Below, in pieces: positions 1 through 9,348 of a DNA stretch of 64,000 bases. The position numbers and the translations under genes were made by a program. Each line of letters begins with the position of its first letter. The stretch's first letter is position 1. Source of the stretch: Oscillibacter sp. (GTDB lineage: Bacteria; Bacillota; Clostridia; Oscillospirales; Oscillospiraceae); assembly GCF_017937405.1 (NCBI RefSeq), contig NZ_JAGBDS010000007.1. The stretch is one strand, 5' to 3'. Below the pieces are notes generated by a model. It worked only from the letters and a program-made list of their open reading frames with translations. It was not told the DNA's origin and did no database searches.

Positions 1-330
1 GTACACCCCACCGCACTCGGTATGAAGAATGCACTTGGAATTGTTGCTCTCGATTTACAGAATCTCATGGTAGGCAAGATTTGTCACTGTAGTCCTTTGT
101 CTGATCTGATAAGTACTGGGGGCAATATTCCGTGTGATGCGGTCCATGACCATCTTTAATTTCCCATAGTCGAGCGGCTTGAGCAGATACCCACCAGCAT
201 CCACATCGTAGCTTTCGATGGCGAAGTTGGGCGAAGCAGTGAAAAAGACGATCTCCTCTTGGTATCCCATGGCACGCAACTTATGGGCAATCTGGTTGCC
301 CATGGTATTATCCATATAGATGTCCAAGAA
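1..330 (-). pseudogene. LytTR/AlgR-family response regulator remnant
   Basis: REC motifs FLDIYM, IVFFTAS, YLLKP. The 5' end is replaced by the MITE at 329. After an in-frame TAA at 55-57 the frame continues as LytTR-like EIL*IESNNSKCILHT. Confidence 0.85.
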
Positions 331-471
331 ACCGTTTTATTTGGGCCACAGAATGTGGCCCAGCGGCAAAGCCGCAAGAATGTTGTCAATACTTTTCTTG
401 GAGCCATGGGCGCAGCGGCGCACAGCGCCGCAATAAAAAGGTTTTCAAACCTTTTTATCAAGAAATAGTAT
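329..471. mobile_element. MITE copy 1 (left end deleted)
   Basis: 143-bp match to 9193-9335 with 2 mismatches. Keeps the right end ...ATCAAGAAATAG followed by TA. Confidence 0.8.
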
Positions 472-574
472 TATTCTTCAATTCCTCGTCAAACGCTCTC
501 CTCCAGTTATACAGTTCCTCGAAACTTGGTCCGCTGGAACCGGTTTTCTCCTGTCCGTTATTTCCTTTCGGCAT
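458..574 (-). pseudogene. Small ORF interrupted by the MITE (MPKGNNGQEKTGSSGPSFEELYNWRRAFDEELKNN...)
   Basis: ATG at 574 with GGGAG RBS. The frame runs into the MITE right end at a TA and stops inside it. Confidence 0.45.
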
Positions 575-731
575 GGTAAAGTCTCCCTACAGGCAGCCGC
601 GCCGTTGATGTGCGCTGTTTTTTCTTTCTAGTGCGTGGGCTCTACGTTCTATACGTTGGTATTTTCTCATGTTCGCGGGTGACCTTCAATCCGCCGCTAC
701 ATTTGACGGTTACGATTTGACAGTTACATAA

Positions 732-774
732 CAGCAACCCCCCGGCGCGTTTCCGCACCGGGGGCTGTCTTTTT
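732..774. terminator. Intrinsic terminator downstream of the SLH protein gene
   Basis: CCCCCGG...CCGGGGG stem just 3' of the 809 stop. Confidence 0.65.
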
Positions 775-808
775 GATTGCTCTTATTCAGATGTTTCCGA
801 CGGGGCGT

Positions 809-3800
809 TTACCGCCTGACCTCGCCGCCGGGTGCCGAATGAGCTGTGGACCAGGCATGTTCCAGAGCCGCCCAGTCGCGCTGCGGCAACTTCGCCGTCC
901 ATTCCTCGATCATTTCCTGGTCCTCCGTCAGCCAAATATAGTCGTGGCTGTTGGTGGCCTCCTGCATATCGGCATAGAACCAGTCGCCGGGGTTGTTGTC
1001 CACCCAGGTCAGCATCCCGGCCTCGTCCAGAAGATGCTCCTCGTCAGGCTTGCGGTTCAGCGCGCGGTTTACGATGACGCAGGCCTGGGCGCGGGTGATG
1101 TTGCTGTTGGGCCGGAAGGCGCCGTCCTCAAAGCCCTGGATCAGGCCCACACGGGCAGCGGCCTCCACGTATTCGGTGTACCACGCGCCGATGCTGACGT
1201 CCGTGAAGAAGCCCTCGTAGTCCTTCTTGGTGGTCTCGAAGAAGCCCACCGCGATCTTGGCGAACTGGGCACGGGTGATCTTGGCGTAGGGCCGGAACGT
1301 GCCGTCCTCAAAACCGTCTATGATGCCCATACTGCTCAAAGTGGAAATGGCGTTGTTGCACCACAGCTCGGAATTGCAGTCGGAGTAGTTGTTGGTCTGG
1401 CTCCAGTATGCCTCACGGGTCTCATCGGTCAGCAGACGGAAGAAGATCGTTGCCACCTCGCCGCGGGTAATCGTGCCGTAGGGCCGCAGCGTGCCGTCCT
1501 TGTAGCCGATGATGTAGGAGTAGTGGTCCTCGGTGTTCAAAACGGGCGTGCTGGGCGAAATAGGGGGATCACTGGGACCGGGATCACCGGAACCGGGATC
1601 ACCGGGTCCTTCGGGGGTGACCGGAGGAACATCATTCCTTACAAAATTTGCGGTAAAGGTATAGGTCTCACCGGCAGTCAAACCGCTCATGGTGCTGTTT
1701 GTCACCGTTACGCCCTGGGGTTCCGTCCAGTTGCTGAACCGGTAGCCGCTGTCGGCTGTGGGTATCGGGAATGTCAGGCCCACGCTGGTCTTCAATGTGA
1801 CCAGGGGCAGCTGGCGCAGATCATAGACCGCGTACGTCCCGCCCTCCAGGCTGCCGTTAGCGCCGGCTTCATACCTGACAAACACCTGATACTCGTCTGG
1901 GATGCCGTCGGTGTTCTGGTCCGCCCCAAACCTGGCGGTGTAGGTGACATCGCCAGTCACATTGGCCGTGATCGGGATGTTCCAGCCCATGAACACAAAG
2001 CCCTCAAGGGTAGGCTCCGCAATCGTTGGAGTAGCCGCGCCGTACCTGACGGTGAACTCCGTCTGCGAAGAGATCGTGCTGCCGCCATTCAGATCGTAAG
2101 TTACGGTGCAGAGCTCGCGGTCGTAATACAGTTTCAAGACCAGACTGCCGTCCGCCGCAACGGGTCCGCTGGCAACGCGGTTGGAGTGCGTCGTATTTTC
2201 GGTGAATCCGGTATAGCTCTTGGGCGTTGCAGACACAGTCGCGCCGGTGGTACCCTGCAGGGTTTCGGTGTCCCCAGCGACAATGGTATAGCCATCATCA
2301 TACAGGTTCTGCTGATAGTGCTCCACCGTGTATGTAATCGGGCTCCACTGGGCGTACAGCGTTACCGTGCTGTTGTCATCCGTGGTCAAATTATTCACAG
2401 ATGCCCCGTCGGCATAAGCAGTTCCGCTGCCGTCGGCTTTGGTATTCCAGCCGGTAAAGGTGTAGCCGTCCCTGCTGAACGTATTGGCCTTCAGATTCTG
2501 GGCCGTGCCGTAGACGAAGGGCTGACTATCTGTGCCGGTACCGCCGTTGGAATCAAAAGCGACTGTGTACCCTATCGCACTGAAACGGGCGTAGTAGGTG
2601 GCATTGCCGGAGGTGGTGTAGCTGATGGTCGCGCCGTTCTTGATCAGCATCGTGTCAGCCACTTTGTTGCCCGTGGAATCATACCAGCCCACAAATGTGT
2701 AGCCCGTTCCCGCGGTGGCGGTGGAGTTGATGGGCATTCTCACCGCGTCGGTATAGGAATAGCAGTCGAGCGTGCCAACGGCATTGTTCGTGGTATCCTC
2801 CCAATTATTGCCGTTCTTGACCTGACGGACATAGGTCTGGGTGACGGTAGCAGTATCGTCGCTGATAAAGCGCGCATAATATGTGGCATTGCCAGTGGTG
2901 GTGTAGCTGATGGTGGCGCCGCCGTTGATCAGCATGGACGGAGCGACCCCATGGCCGTTGAAATCATACCAGCCCACAAATGTGTAGCCCGTTCCCGCGG
3001 TGGCGGTGGAGCTGATGGGCATTCCCGCAGCGTCGGTGTAGGTATAGCGACCGAGGGTTCCGATCTTATCGTCCTCGGTATCCTCCCAGCTGTTGCCGTT
3101 TTTGACCTGACGGATGTAGGTCTGGGTGACGCTGCCGGAGAATCGGGCGTAGTAGGTGTTGACGCTCTCCTTGGTTTCCGTATAGGTGTAAGTGGTGTTT
3201 GTGGTGATCAGATTTCCGCTGGCGTCGTACCAGCCCTCAAAGGTGAAGCCGTCCTTTGCGGTAGCTGTTGCTGTGACGGTCTCATCGGTTTCGGCGTGGT
3301 AGGATTTTCCGCCGTTGGCATTATACGCGGCATTGTAATTGGTATCGGATGTATCGGTCACACTGGTGATCTCCACAGTGCCGCCGTTGGCGGAATCCGT
3401 ATAGTTCGTGCCGCTGCCCACCTGGGGGATAAACGCTTGCCGCCAGCGCCACTGCGCCACCATGGTCAGACCCTTGTGAACATTGGCGTAGACTTTTGTT
3501 TCGCCGTTATCCGTCCAAGTCACGCCCTTGACCTTGTTGTTTTCCTTTTGGAGTACCCCGTTCGTTGTCACGCGTTCGCCATAAATTTTGAAATACTGGG
3601 CGGCACTTTCCTGCGTTGCGCCGTCCACGGAGTAGTCGCAGGCGACTGTGTGTTCTGCCGGAAGTATCAGGCTGCCCAGCTTGTCCGCATTCACCTGAGT
3701 GACATCGGGCGGAATATTATCCACCGTATCGCCGGTCAGCAGCCAGCCCATGAACTTCCAGCCGTCGTTCTGGCCCTCCGCCGCATGGGATACATACGGG

Positions 3801-5326
3801 GAGATGAACTGCTCCTTCGGCTTGTTTGTCGGCGTCGCGCCAGTCGTTGCGTCCACTCCGCTCGTGTTTTCTGTAAGCACCGCCGGCTTGAAGCTGTACA
3901 CATTCGGTGCTTCATTTGTGTTATAGGTCCGTTCCACCACATACGCCTTGCCGCCATTGGGGTCATAGGTGATGGTGGGGTTCTTGATAAAGGCAAAGTG
4001 CAGGTCCGTGGGTGAAGTCAGATTCTCCAGATAATAGGTATAAATGGTATCGCCATCGGTATTCGTGGATTTGATCCACTTTCCCTTTTTCTGCTCGTCC
4101 GTCAGGCTTCCGGTATCCTCAATTTCGTTTTCTGCCAGCTGCAAAAACACGGTTTTGGGATCGCCGTTTTCATCCTGCTTCGTATAATAGACACCGACAA
4201 ACTCACAGCCGGCGTCGGCATCCGCTTTCTTTACAATCGCCTGAATTTTCAGCGGCTCGCCATCGGTGACATAGGTAGCCAATTTGTCATCGACGGTAAC
4301 CTTGTGGCCATCAGAACCGCCCTCGCCTTCCGTGGTTCCGTCACTGCCGCCGACCACGGCGCTGCCGTGGGTGGTGGTACTGCCGGACAGGGGGTGGTAG
4401 AGCTGGAAGTTGATGTTGTCAAGGAAGTTACCGTAGGTCCTTCCCTGATTATCTTTACATCCCACCGACACAAAGGCGAATACCGTTTCTGTCTGACCCG
4501 CCGGGACGGTGTACAGATAATACTTGCTCAAATCCACACTTTTGCTGCCTGAGCCGGTATCCGAACCGGCAGTACCCTCTGCATTGGAGCCGTAATGCCC
4601 CCAGGGATTTGTGCCGCTGGTTGCTTTTCCGTCCGCCATGATCCAGATGTGCCATTCCTCGGTATAGATGGTACTGGGGGTCAGGCTAAAGGCATTGTTG
4701 CCCGCATTGTCGAAAAAGGCACCGCTTGCAGCAAATTTCTTACTGTAAACCGTGAGCTGTTCCCCCAAGCCCTGCGTGCTCTTGACGGAGGTTTTTCCCT
4801 GCGCAATCAGCCAGTCCAGCATTTGCATGAACTGATCCCGTCCTGCCTTGCTGGGCTTGGAGGGATTCACGCTCTGCTTGGGGCCGATGACCAGAGCCAT
4901 GGTATCCATTGTGGTACGACCACCGTGATCCAGACCCCATTCGTACACGCTGGATGGAGAGGTCTTGACGTTCTGGTACAGGGTACTCTCCTCATCCGCG
5001 TTCAGCTCCGCGGCATAGGTTTCGTCTGTGGGTATTAATGTGACTCCGCTGATATAAGTACCTGTATTCTCTTTGAACAACTCGATCTTTCCCTGAAACG
5101 CCGTGGTACTCCACGATGGAACAGCGCTTTGATCCGGCTGTGAATAAGTGGCTGTAAACGTCTGTCCTTCCTCAAAGCTGCCGTTCTGCAGTTTTTTGCT
5201 GACCGATGGGCCCTCCGCGGCAGATACAAAAACCAACCCCTCTCCTACAATGAGGCAGAATCCCAGCAGAAGCGCACACATTCTTACAGGCAGCCTGCTA
5301 TGCTGTCGCTTCTTTACACAAGACAT
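809..5326 (-). CDS. Large S-layer-homology (SLH)-anchored surface protein with InlB-B/Flg_new-type repeats
   Basis: Signal peptide, NGSFE N-terminal domain, repeated GYTFxGWY...YYARF units, Pro/Gly linker, C-terminal SLH motifs (ITRGEVA, ITRAQFA, ITRAQAC). Confidence 0.9.
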   Translation of the reverse strand: MSCVKKRQHSRLPVRMCALLLGFCLIVGEGLVFVSAAEGPSVSKKLQNGSFEEGQTFTATYSQPDQSAVPSWSTTAFQGKIELFKENTGTYISGVTLIPTDETYAAELNADEESTLYQNVKTSPSSVYEWGLDHGGRTTMDTMALVIGPKQSVNPSKPSKAGRDQFMQMLDWLIAQGKTSVKSTQGLGEQLTVYSKKFAASGAFFDNAGNNAFSLTPSTIYTEEWHIWIMADGKATSGTNPWGHYGSNAEGTAGSDTGSGSKSVDLSKYYLYTVPAGQTETVFAFVSVGCKDNQGRTYGNFLDNINFQLYHPLSGSTTTHGSAVVGGSDGTTEGEGGSDGHKVTVDDKLATYVTDGEPLKIQAIVKKADADAGCEFVGVYYTKQDENGDPKTVFLQLAENEIEDTGSLTDEQKKGKWIKSTNTDGDTIYTYYLENLTSPTDLHFAFIKNPTITYDPNGGKAYVVERTYNTNEAPNVYSFKPAVLTENTSGVDATTGATPTNKPKEQFISPYVSHAAEGQNDGWKFMGWLLTGDTVDNIPPDVTQVNADKLGSLILPAEHTVACDYSVDGATQESAAQYFKIYGERVTTNGVLQKENNKVKGVTWTDNGETKVYANVHKGLTMVAQWRWRQAFIPQVGSGTNYTDSANGGTVEITSVTDTSDTNYNAAYNANGGKSYHAETDETVTATATAKDGFTFEGWYDASGNLITTNTTYTYTETKESVNTYYARFSGSVTQTYIRQVKNGNSWEDTEDDKIGTLGRYTYTDAAGMPISSTATAGTGYTFVGWYDFNGHGVAPSMLINGGATISYTTTGNATYYARFISDDTATVTQTYVRQVKNGNNWEDTTNNAVGTLDCYSYTDAVRMPINSTATAGTGYTFVGWYDSTGNKVADTMLIKNGATISYTTSGNATYYARFSAIGYTVAFDSNGGTGTDSQPFVYGTAQNLKANTFSRDGYTFTGWNTKADGSGTAYADGASVNNLTTDDNSTVTLYAQWSPITYTVEHYQQNLYDDGYTIVAGDTETLQGTTGATVSATPKSYTGFTENTTHSNRVASGPVAADGSLVLKLYYDRELCTVTYDLNGGSTISSQTEFTVRYGAATPTIAEPTLEGFVFMGWNIPITANVTGDVTYTARFGADQNTDGIPDEYQVFVRYEAGANGSLEGGTYAVYDLRQLPLVTLKTSVGLTFPIPTADSGYRFSNWTEPQGVTVTNSTMSGLTAGETYTFTANFVRNDVPPVTPEGPGDPGSGDPGPSDPPISPSTPVLNTEDHYSYIIGYKDGTLRPYGTITRGEVATIFFRLLTDETREAYWSQTNNYSDCNSELWCNNAISTLSSMGIIDGFEDGTFRPYAKITRAQFAKIAVGFFETTKKDYEGFFTDVSIGAWYTEYVEAAARVGLIQGFEDGAFRPNSNITRAQACVIVNRALNRKPDEEHLLDEAGMLTWVDNNPGDWFYADMQEATNSHDYIWLTEDQEMIEEWTAKLPQRDWAALEHAWSTAHSAPGGEVRR
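2583..3132. repeat. Tandem ~285-bp intragenic duplication (two divergent InlB-B-like units)
   Basis: VTQTYxRQVKNGNxWEDT...TATAGTGYTFVGWYD...GATISYTTxGNATYYARF occurs twice with high DNA identity. Confidence 0.85.
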
Positions 5327-5400
5327 TTGTTTTTGCTCCTTTTCTTAAGACTTCTTCGCCGCCCTCCGTACTGTGCGGAGATGGCAGGCGGTTTCCACTC

Positions 5401-5814
5401 TCATATGCAACCCCGCCTAAGACTTGGCGAAGCGTCCGGCACCGGATAGCGCAGGTTGCGCAGCTCCTCCGCGATCTGCTCCCGGGTGGCGGGCTTGGTC
5501 AAATAGCCGCTGGGCCGCAGGCGCAGCACTTCTTTGGCGTGCTCCTTTTCCGAGCAGACGGTGACAAAGATGATGTTCGCCCTTGGGAACAACGCCTTGA
5601 TCTGTTCCGCGAGGCGCATCCCGCCGTGATTGTAAAGCTCGATCTCGGTAAGCAGCACGTCACAGCCATGCCCCTTCGCATAGGAAAGAGCGTCCTTGCT
5701 GTTCGTAAAGCCGTGGATGTCCGCTTCCGGCACAGCAAAACGAACATTCTGCTCCAATCCTCGCAGTAAGACCGGATGATCGTCCACGCATAGTACCGTC
5801 ACGTTGGTACTCAC
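5401..5814 (-). CDS. Stand-alone receiver-domain response regulator
   Basis: VDD, IIFVT, YLTKP motifs. Phospho-acceptor position reads LLTEI (Glu in place of the usual Asp). No clear output domain. Confidence 0.85.
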   Translation of the reverse strand: MSTNVTVLCVDDHPVLLRGLEQNVRFAVPEADIHGFTNSKDALSYAKGHGCDVLLTEIELYNHGGMRLAEQIKALFPRANIIFVTVCSEKEHAKEVLRLRPSGYLTKPATREQIAEELRNLRYPVPDASPSLRRGCI

Positions 5815-5851
5815 CTCCCATTAAATCTGTTATCGGATTCGATTCAGAGAC

Positions 5852-5887
5852 ATTATAAAATATGGGCCGTTACAAACCCGTTACAAA
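5852..5887 (-). promoter_or_regulatory. Promoter with tandem TTTGTAACGG direct repeats (probable regulator site) and TATAAT -10
   Basis: CCGTTACAAA at 5867-5876 and 5878-5887 (11-bp period); ATTATA at 5852-5857. Confidence 0.6.
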
Positions 5888-5976
5888 TTAGCCTCTTTTC
5901 CCCATAAAAATAAAATTTTCGCGCATACGAAAAGCGGCCTGACTTCCGTCAGACCGCTGCCGCATTTTAAAGAGAT

Positions 5977-6750
5977 TCATTTGTGGCTCAGAAACCCCGC
6001 AGTATCCTCCGCCCAACTGTACTGGATCATATACTCGCCACGAAACTCCGGCCTGCCGGTATGGAGATAGCTGTAATAGTCGCAGTCGATCCGATCCATA
6101 TCCAGGCTGTAAGCGTACCCGTTCTGCTGGAGGACATCCGCCGCGCCGGCCAGCTCCAGCGTATGGCGCAGGTCGGAAAAGAGCTGGTGGAGGTAATTGA
6201 TGTTTTTGCTGTCGTTGCCGCCCTCCGGCCACATCACGGCACAGATCTCTTTTGCCGTGATACCTGCGCCCTTGCGGTCGATCAAAACCGCCAGCAGCTC
6301 CTTGGATTTGGAACGCTTGAAGCTCAGCGGCCGGCCTCGCGCCATGACCTGGAAGCTGCCGAAGCATTGGACGCTCAGCAGCTTCTCCTTTGCTTTTCTT
6401 CCCTTGATATGATCCAGCTCTTTCTGCACCGCTTTGGCTGTGATAGGCTTCAGCAGGTAGCCCGAAACATGGAGCTGGATGGCGTCCAGCGCGTACTGGG
6501 TATAGCCGGTGCAAAAGATGATTCTGCAATCGGGGTGCAGTTCCACGATCTTCTCCGCCAGCTTCAGACCGCCCATTCCGCGCATACTGATGTCCAGAAA
6601 GGCAACGTCAACCGTGTTATTTTCAGCCCATTCCAGCGCAGAGGAGCAAGTGGTGAACTCCATTACAGAGGAAATGTCCGGCGACGCGGAGACCGCCGCC
6701 GTCAGCGCCGCCAGCATGGGGCGCTCGTCGTCCACAGTCACGGCAATCAT
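5977..6750 (-). CDS. Response regulator, REC plus SARP/winged-helix-type output
   Basis: VDDE, FLDI, FCTGY, YLLKP, then VQCFGSFQV...KSKELLAVLIDRKG...MWPE. Confidence 0.9.
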   Translation of the reverse strand: MIAVTVDDERPMLAALTAAVSASPDISSVMEFTTCSSALEWAENNTVDVAFLDISMRGMGGLKLAEKIVELHPDCRIIFCTGYTQYALDAIQLHVSGYLLKPITAKAVQKELDHIKGRKAKEKLLSVQCFGSFQVMARGRPLSFKRSKSKELLAVLIDRKGAGITAKEICAVMWPEGGNDSKNINYLHQLFSDLRHTLELAGAADVLQQNGYAYSLDMDRIDCDYYSYLHTGRPEFRGEYMIQYSWAEDTAGFLSHK

Positions 6751-8555
6751 GGATGTTCGCTTCTTTCCTTTGGAATGGTGATGACCGCTTTTGTGCCTTT
6801 ACCCGGAGCGCTCTCCACGGTCAGCGTTCCGCCGCACATGGCCTCTATGCGCCCGCGGATATTGCGGATACCGACGTGCTCCCGGTCATCCAGCAGGATC
6901 GTTGTATCAAATCCAACGCCGTCGTCCACCACGCTGATGCGGTAGTCCATGTCCGTCTCGTAGGAGGAGACCGTGACCGTACCGCCGCTCTCCAGCCCCA
7001 TGAGTCCGTGCTTGATGGCGTTTTCCACCAGCGGCTGAACGGACAGCGCGGGCAGGAGGAAGTCATCGGAACCCAGCTCGAATTTGACCTCCATATCCGG
7101 GAAGCGGATGTGTTCGATATCCACATAGTGCCGAACGTGCTCCACCTCTTTGGACAGCAGGATGGGCGCTGTATGATCCAGCTCGCTGAAATTGCCCCGC
7201 AGGTAGAGGGAGAAGTTATGTACCAAATTGGCCGCCGCCTCCGGCTGCTCCTTGCAGAGCTGTTCCACGGTGCCGAGGGTATTATAAATGAAGTGGGGCT
7301 GGATCTGGCTGAGCATGGTGGCGACCCGGCTGTCCTCCAGCTCCTTCTCCAGCTGTTTGGCACGGATGGACGCCTGATGGTCGATCACGACATGCTTGAC
7401 CGTACCTGCCGCATAGAGCGCGAACAACAGGGCAAACACGATCTTTGTACAAGTGCCGTGGGAGTAAATGCTACGGCCCACGCCGGCAATGTCCAGCAAA
7501 ACGGCGGACAGCAGGAACATATGGGAGAGCAGGATCGTGCGGCTGTTCTTCTCCCGGTGATGCCATTCCACAGCGGCGCAGACGAGCAACAGCGGGCAGA
7601 GTACCACCTGCGAGGCCACCCAGTAGATGCCCGTGTCATAGATGACTGTAACGCCGGTAAAAGACAGCACGATCAAAATGCCGTCCAGCAAGGCGGAGAG
7701 GAGCATGGCCGTCTTCGCGGTTTTCCGCGGCTTTCCTGTAAGGGTGCCGCACACACAGAGACCCATACAGTAGACGGCCAGCATCATACACAGCTGCCGG
7801 GCGTAGGTGTTGAACACCACCAGTTCACTGACAAAGGAGATCCCCACGGTGTCCAATATCACAAAGCCGCCCATGAACAGCGTCAGCAGGCCGTATTTCC
7901 GCAAGCTGCCGCCCATCGGGACACGCAAAAACCCGGAAGCCAGCGCCGCGCCCAGCAGCATCAGCGCCACGATGACGAGCACGATACCCGCGATCTGAAG
8001 GGGGGAACTGTATGGCTTCAGGTAGGATTCCAATATGTAAGATGTGTTAGGCGAGCCATAGAGCGTGTTCAGAAAGTCCCGGTATGCGCTGCTGTTGCCA
8101 TGGCTGTGTGGGTTATGCAGACAGAACTCCACCTCGTCCTCTGTGGTAATGCCGGGAGACATGATATAGTTCCATCGGCTGCCGCACATAGATGGCTCCA
8201 GGACAAGCCCTTCCTCTTCGTACTCTGATATGGTGTCAATGGACAGAAGTTCACCGTTGAGGTAGATGGTGACGCCGATGTGGTTCTGGTAGTAGTAAAG
8301 CCGTTCCCCATCAAAGATGTCATAACTGAAATGTCCCCGCAGGAACAGGTCTCCATCCAGAGCGTTCAAATCGGCATTGTCATCCAGTGGATACCAGACT
8401 TCCCCATCCCGGCTGTATTCTCCGGTAAAGGTCTGGGGAAGCGGCTTAGACAGAGATGACTGGTTACTCCTCAGTACCACAGTGAGCAGGCAGATGGCGG
8501 ACAGCAGAAACAGAAGAAGTGACACAATCCAATTATTTTTCCATCTTTCTTTCAT
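6747..8555 (-). CDS. LytS/YehU-type sensor histidine kinase with multi-TM sensor
   Basis: SQIQPHFIYNTL H-box, QPLVENAIKHG, DDGVGF, GIRNI, GKGT. Overlaps the RR start (ATGA). Confidence 0.93.
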   Translation of the reverse strand: MKERWKNNWIVSLLLFLLSAICLLTVVLRSNQSSLSKPLPQTFTGEYSRDGEVWYPLDDNADLNALDGDLFLRGHFSYDIFDGERLYYYQNHIGVTIYLNGELLSIDTISEYEEEGLVLEPSMCGSRWNYIMSPGITTEDEVEFCLHNPHSHGNSSAYRDFLNTLYGSPNTSYILESYLKPYSSPLQIAGIVLVIVALMLLGAALASGFLRVPMGGSLRKYGLLTLFMGGFVILDTVGISFVSELVVFNTYARQLCMMLAVYCMGLCVCGTLTGKPRKTAKTAMLLSALLDGILIVLSFTGVTVIYDTGIYWVASQVVLCPLLLVCAAVEWHHREKNSRTILLSHMFLLSAVLLDIAGVGRSIYSHGTCTKIVFALLFALYAAGTVKHVVIDHQASIRAKQLEKELEDSRVATMLSQIQPHFIYNTLGTVEQLCKEQPEAAANLVHNFSLYLRGNFSELDHTAPILLSKEVEHVRHYVDIEHIRFPDMEVKFELGSDDFLLPALSVQPLVENAIKHGLMGLESGGTVTVSSYETDMDYRISVVDDGVGFDTTILLDDREHVGIRNIRGRIEAMCGGTLTVESAPGKGTKAVITIPKERSEHP

Positions 8556-8951
8556 TGTGGGACTCCTTTTTCAACTCAAACGTATGCCGCTCCGAAAAAT
8601 TGACCTGCCGTTTCCATCCGGCTGTCTCTCCACGGCGGAGCGTCAACGCGCATTTTAATTTGTAGTATAGCAGGAAATTGCCTCTTTAGCACGCACTTTT
8701 TTAAAAGCCCTATCAATTACTTTGTGGGGACATTGGTTTCTCCGCTCTGGTTACTCGTACTTGTTGGCTTTCCTGGTTGGCAGGTGCTGGATCGACTGCC
8801 CGTTCCAAAGTTCGCTTTCTTCGCCTACTGCATTGCAAATTTTGAGTTGGGACTTTGCGATATCCCATTACTTTTCCTTGTCAACAAATCCGACCGGGGC
8901 AAGACCCGGCCGGACAAATATGGCTGATATCAAATTCAGCGCCTGCAATGT

Positions 8952-8996
8952 TTCACACGCAGGAGGTCACTGGTTCGAGTCCAGTATTCTCCACCA
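8952..8996 (+). tRNA. 3' half of tRNA-Val(CAC), att-site remnant (not an intact tRNA)
   Basis: TTCACAC anticodon loop, GCAGG, T-arm ACTGGTTCGAGTCCAGT, ends CCACCA. No D-arm or 5' acceptor strand upstream. Confidence 0.8.
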
Positions 8997-9031
8997 AAAA
9001 GCTCCTGATTTCGCAAGAAATCAGGAGCTTT
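8997..9031 (+). terminator. Terminator hairpin after the tRNA fragment
   Basis: AAAAGCTCCTGATTTC-GCAA-GAAATCAGGAGCTTTT. Confidence 0.8.
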
Positions 9032-9171
9032 TCCTTATATTTTCGTTCAAATAATTCGTTTTCCTTTTTGCGTTTTCCGTCTGACCCAGACCGTGACCCA
9101 TAAGTGGAAATGAGCGGAAAGGATGAGACAGCACAGGACGGGATTTTCCCCGTCTCGTGCTGATTTTTATA

Positions 9172-9332
9172 CTAATTCTTAATAAAACGGATAAACCGTT
9201 TTATTTGGGCCACAGAATGTGGCCCAGCGGCAAAGCCGCAAGAATGTTGTCAATACTTTTCTTGGAGTCATGGGCGCAGCGGCGCACAGCGCCGCAATTA
9301 AAAGGTTTTCAAACCTTTTTATCAAGAAATAG
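9172..9332. mobile_element. MITE copy 2 (complete), TA-flanked, IS630/Tc1-mariner-like ends
   Basis: TA|CTAATTCTTAATAAAA ... TTTTATCAAGAAATAG|TA imperfect TIR; about six consecutive internal hairpins; no credible ORF. Confidence 0.8.
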
Positions 9333-9348
9333 TATCAGAGGTGATATC

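Noticed and set aside
773-4015. 1080-aa plus-strand ORF
   Set aside because: Antisense shadow of the SLH protein; no motifs.
8720-8930. Short ORFs upstream of the tRNA fragment
   Set aside because: No RBS or recognisable motif; probably decayed island-end DNA.
8925-8996. Intact tRNA-Val gene
   Set aside because: D-arm and 5' acceptor strand are absent.
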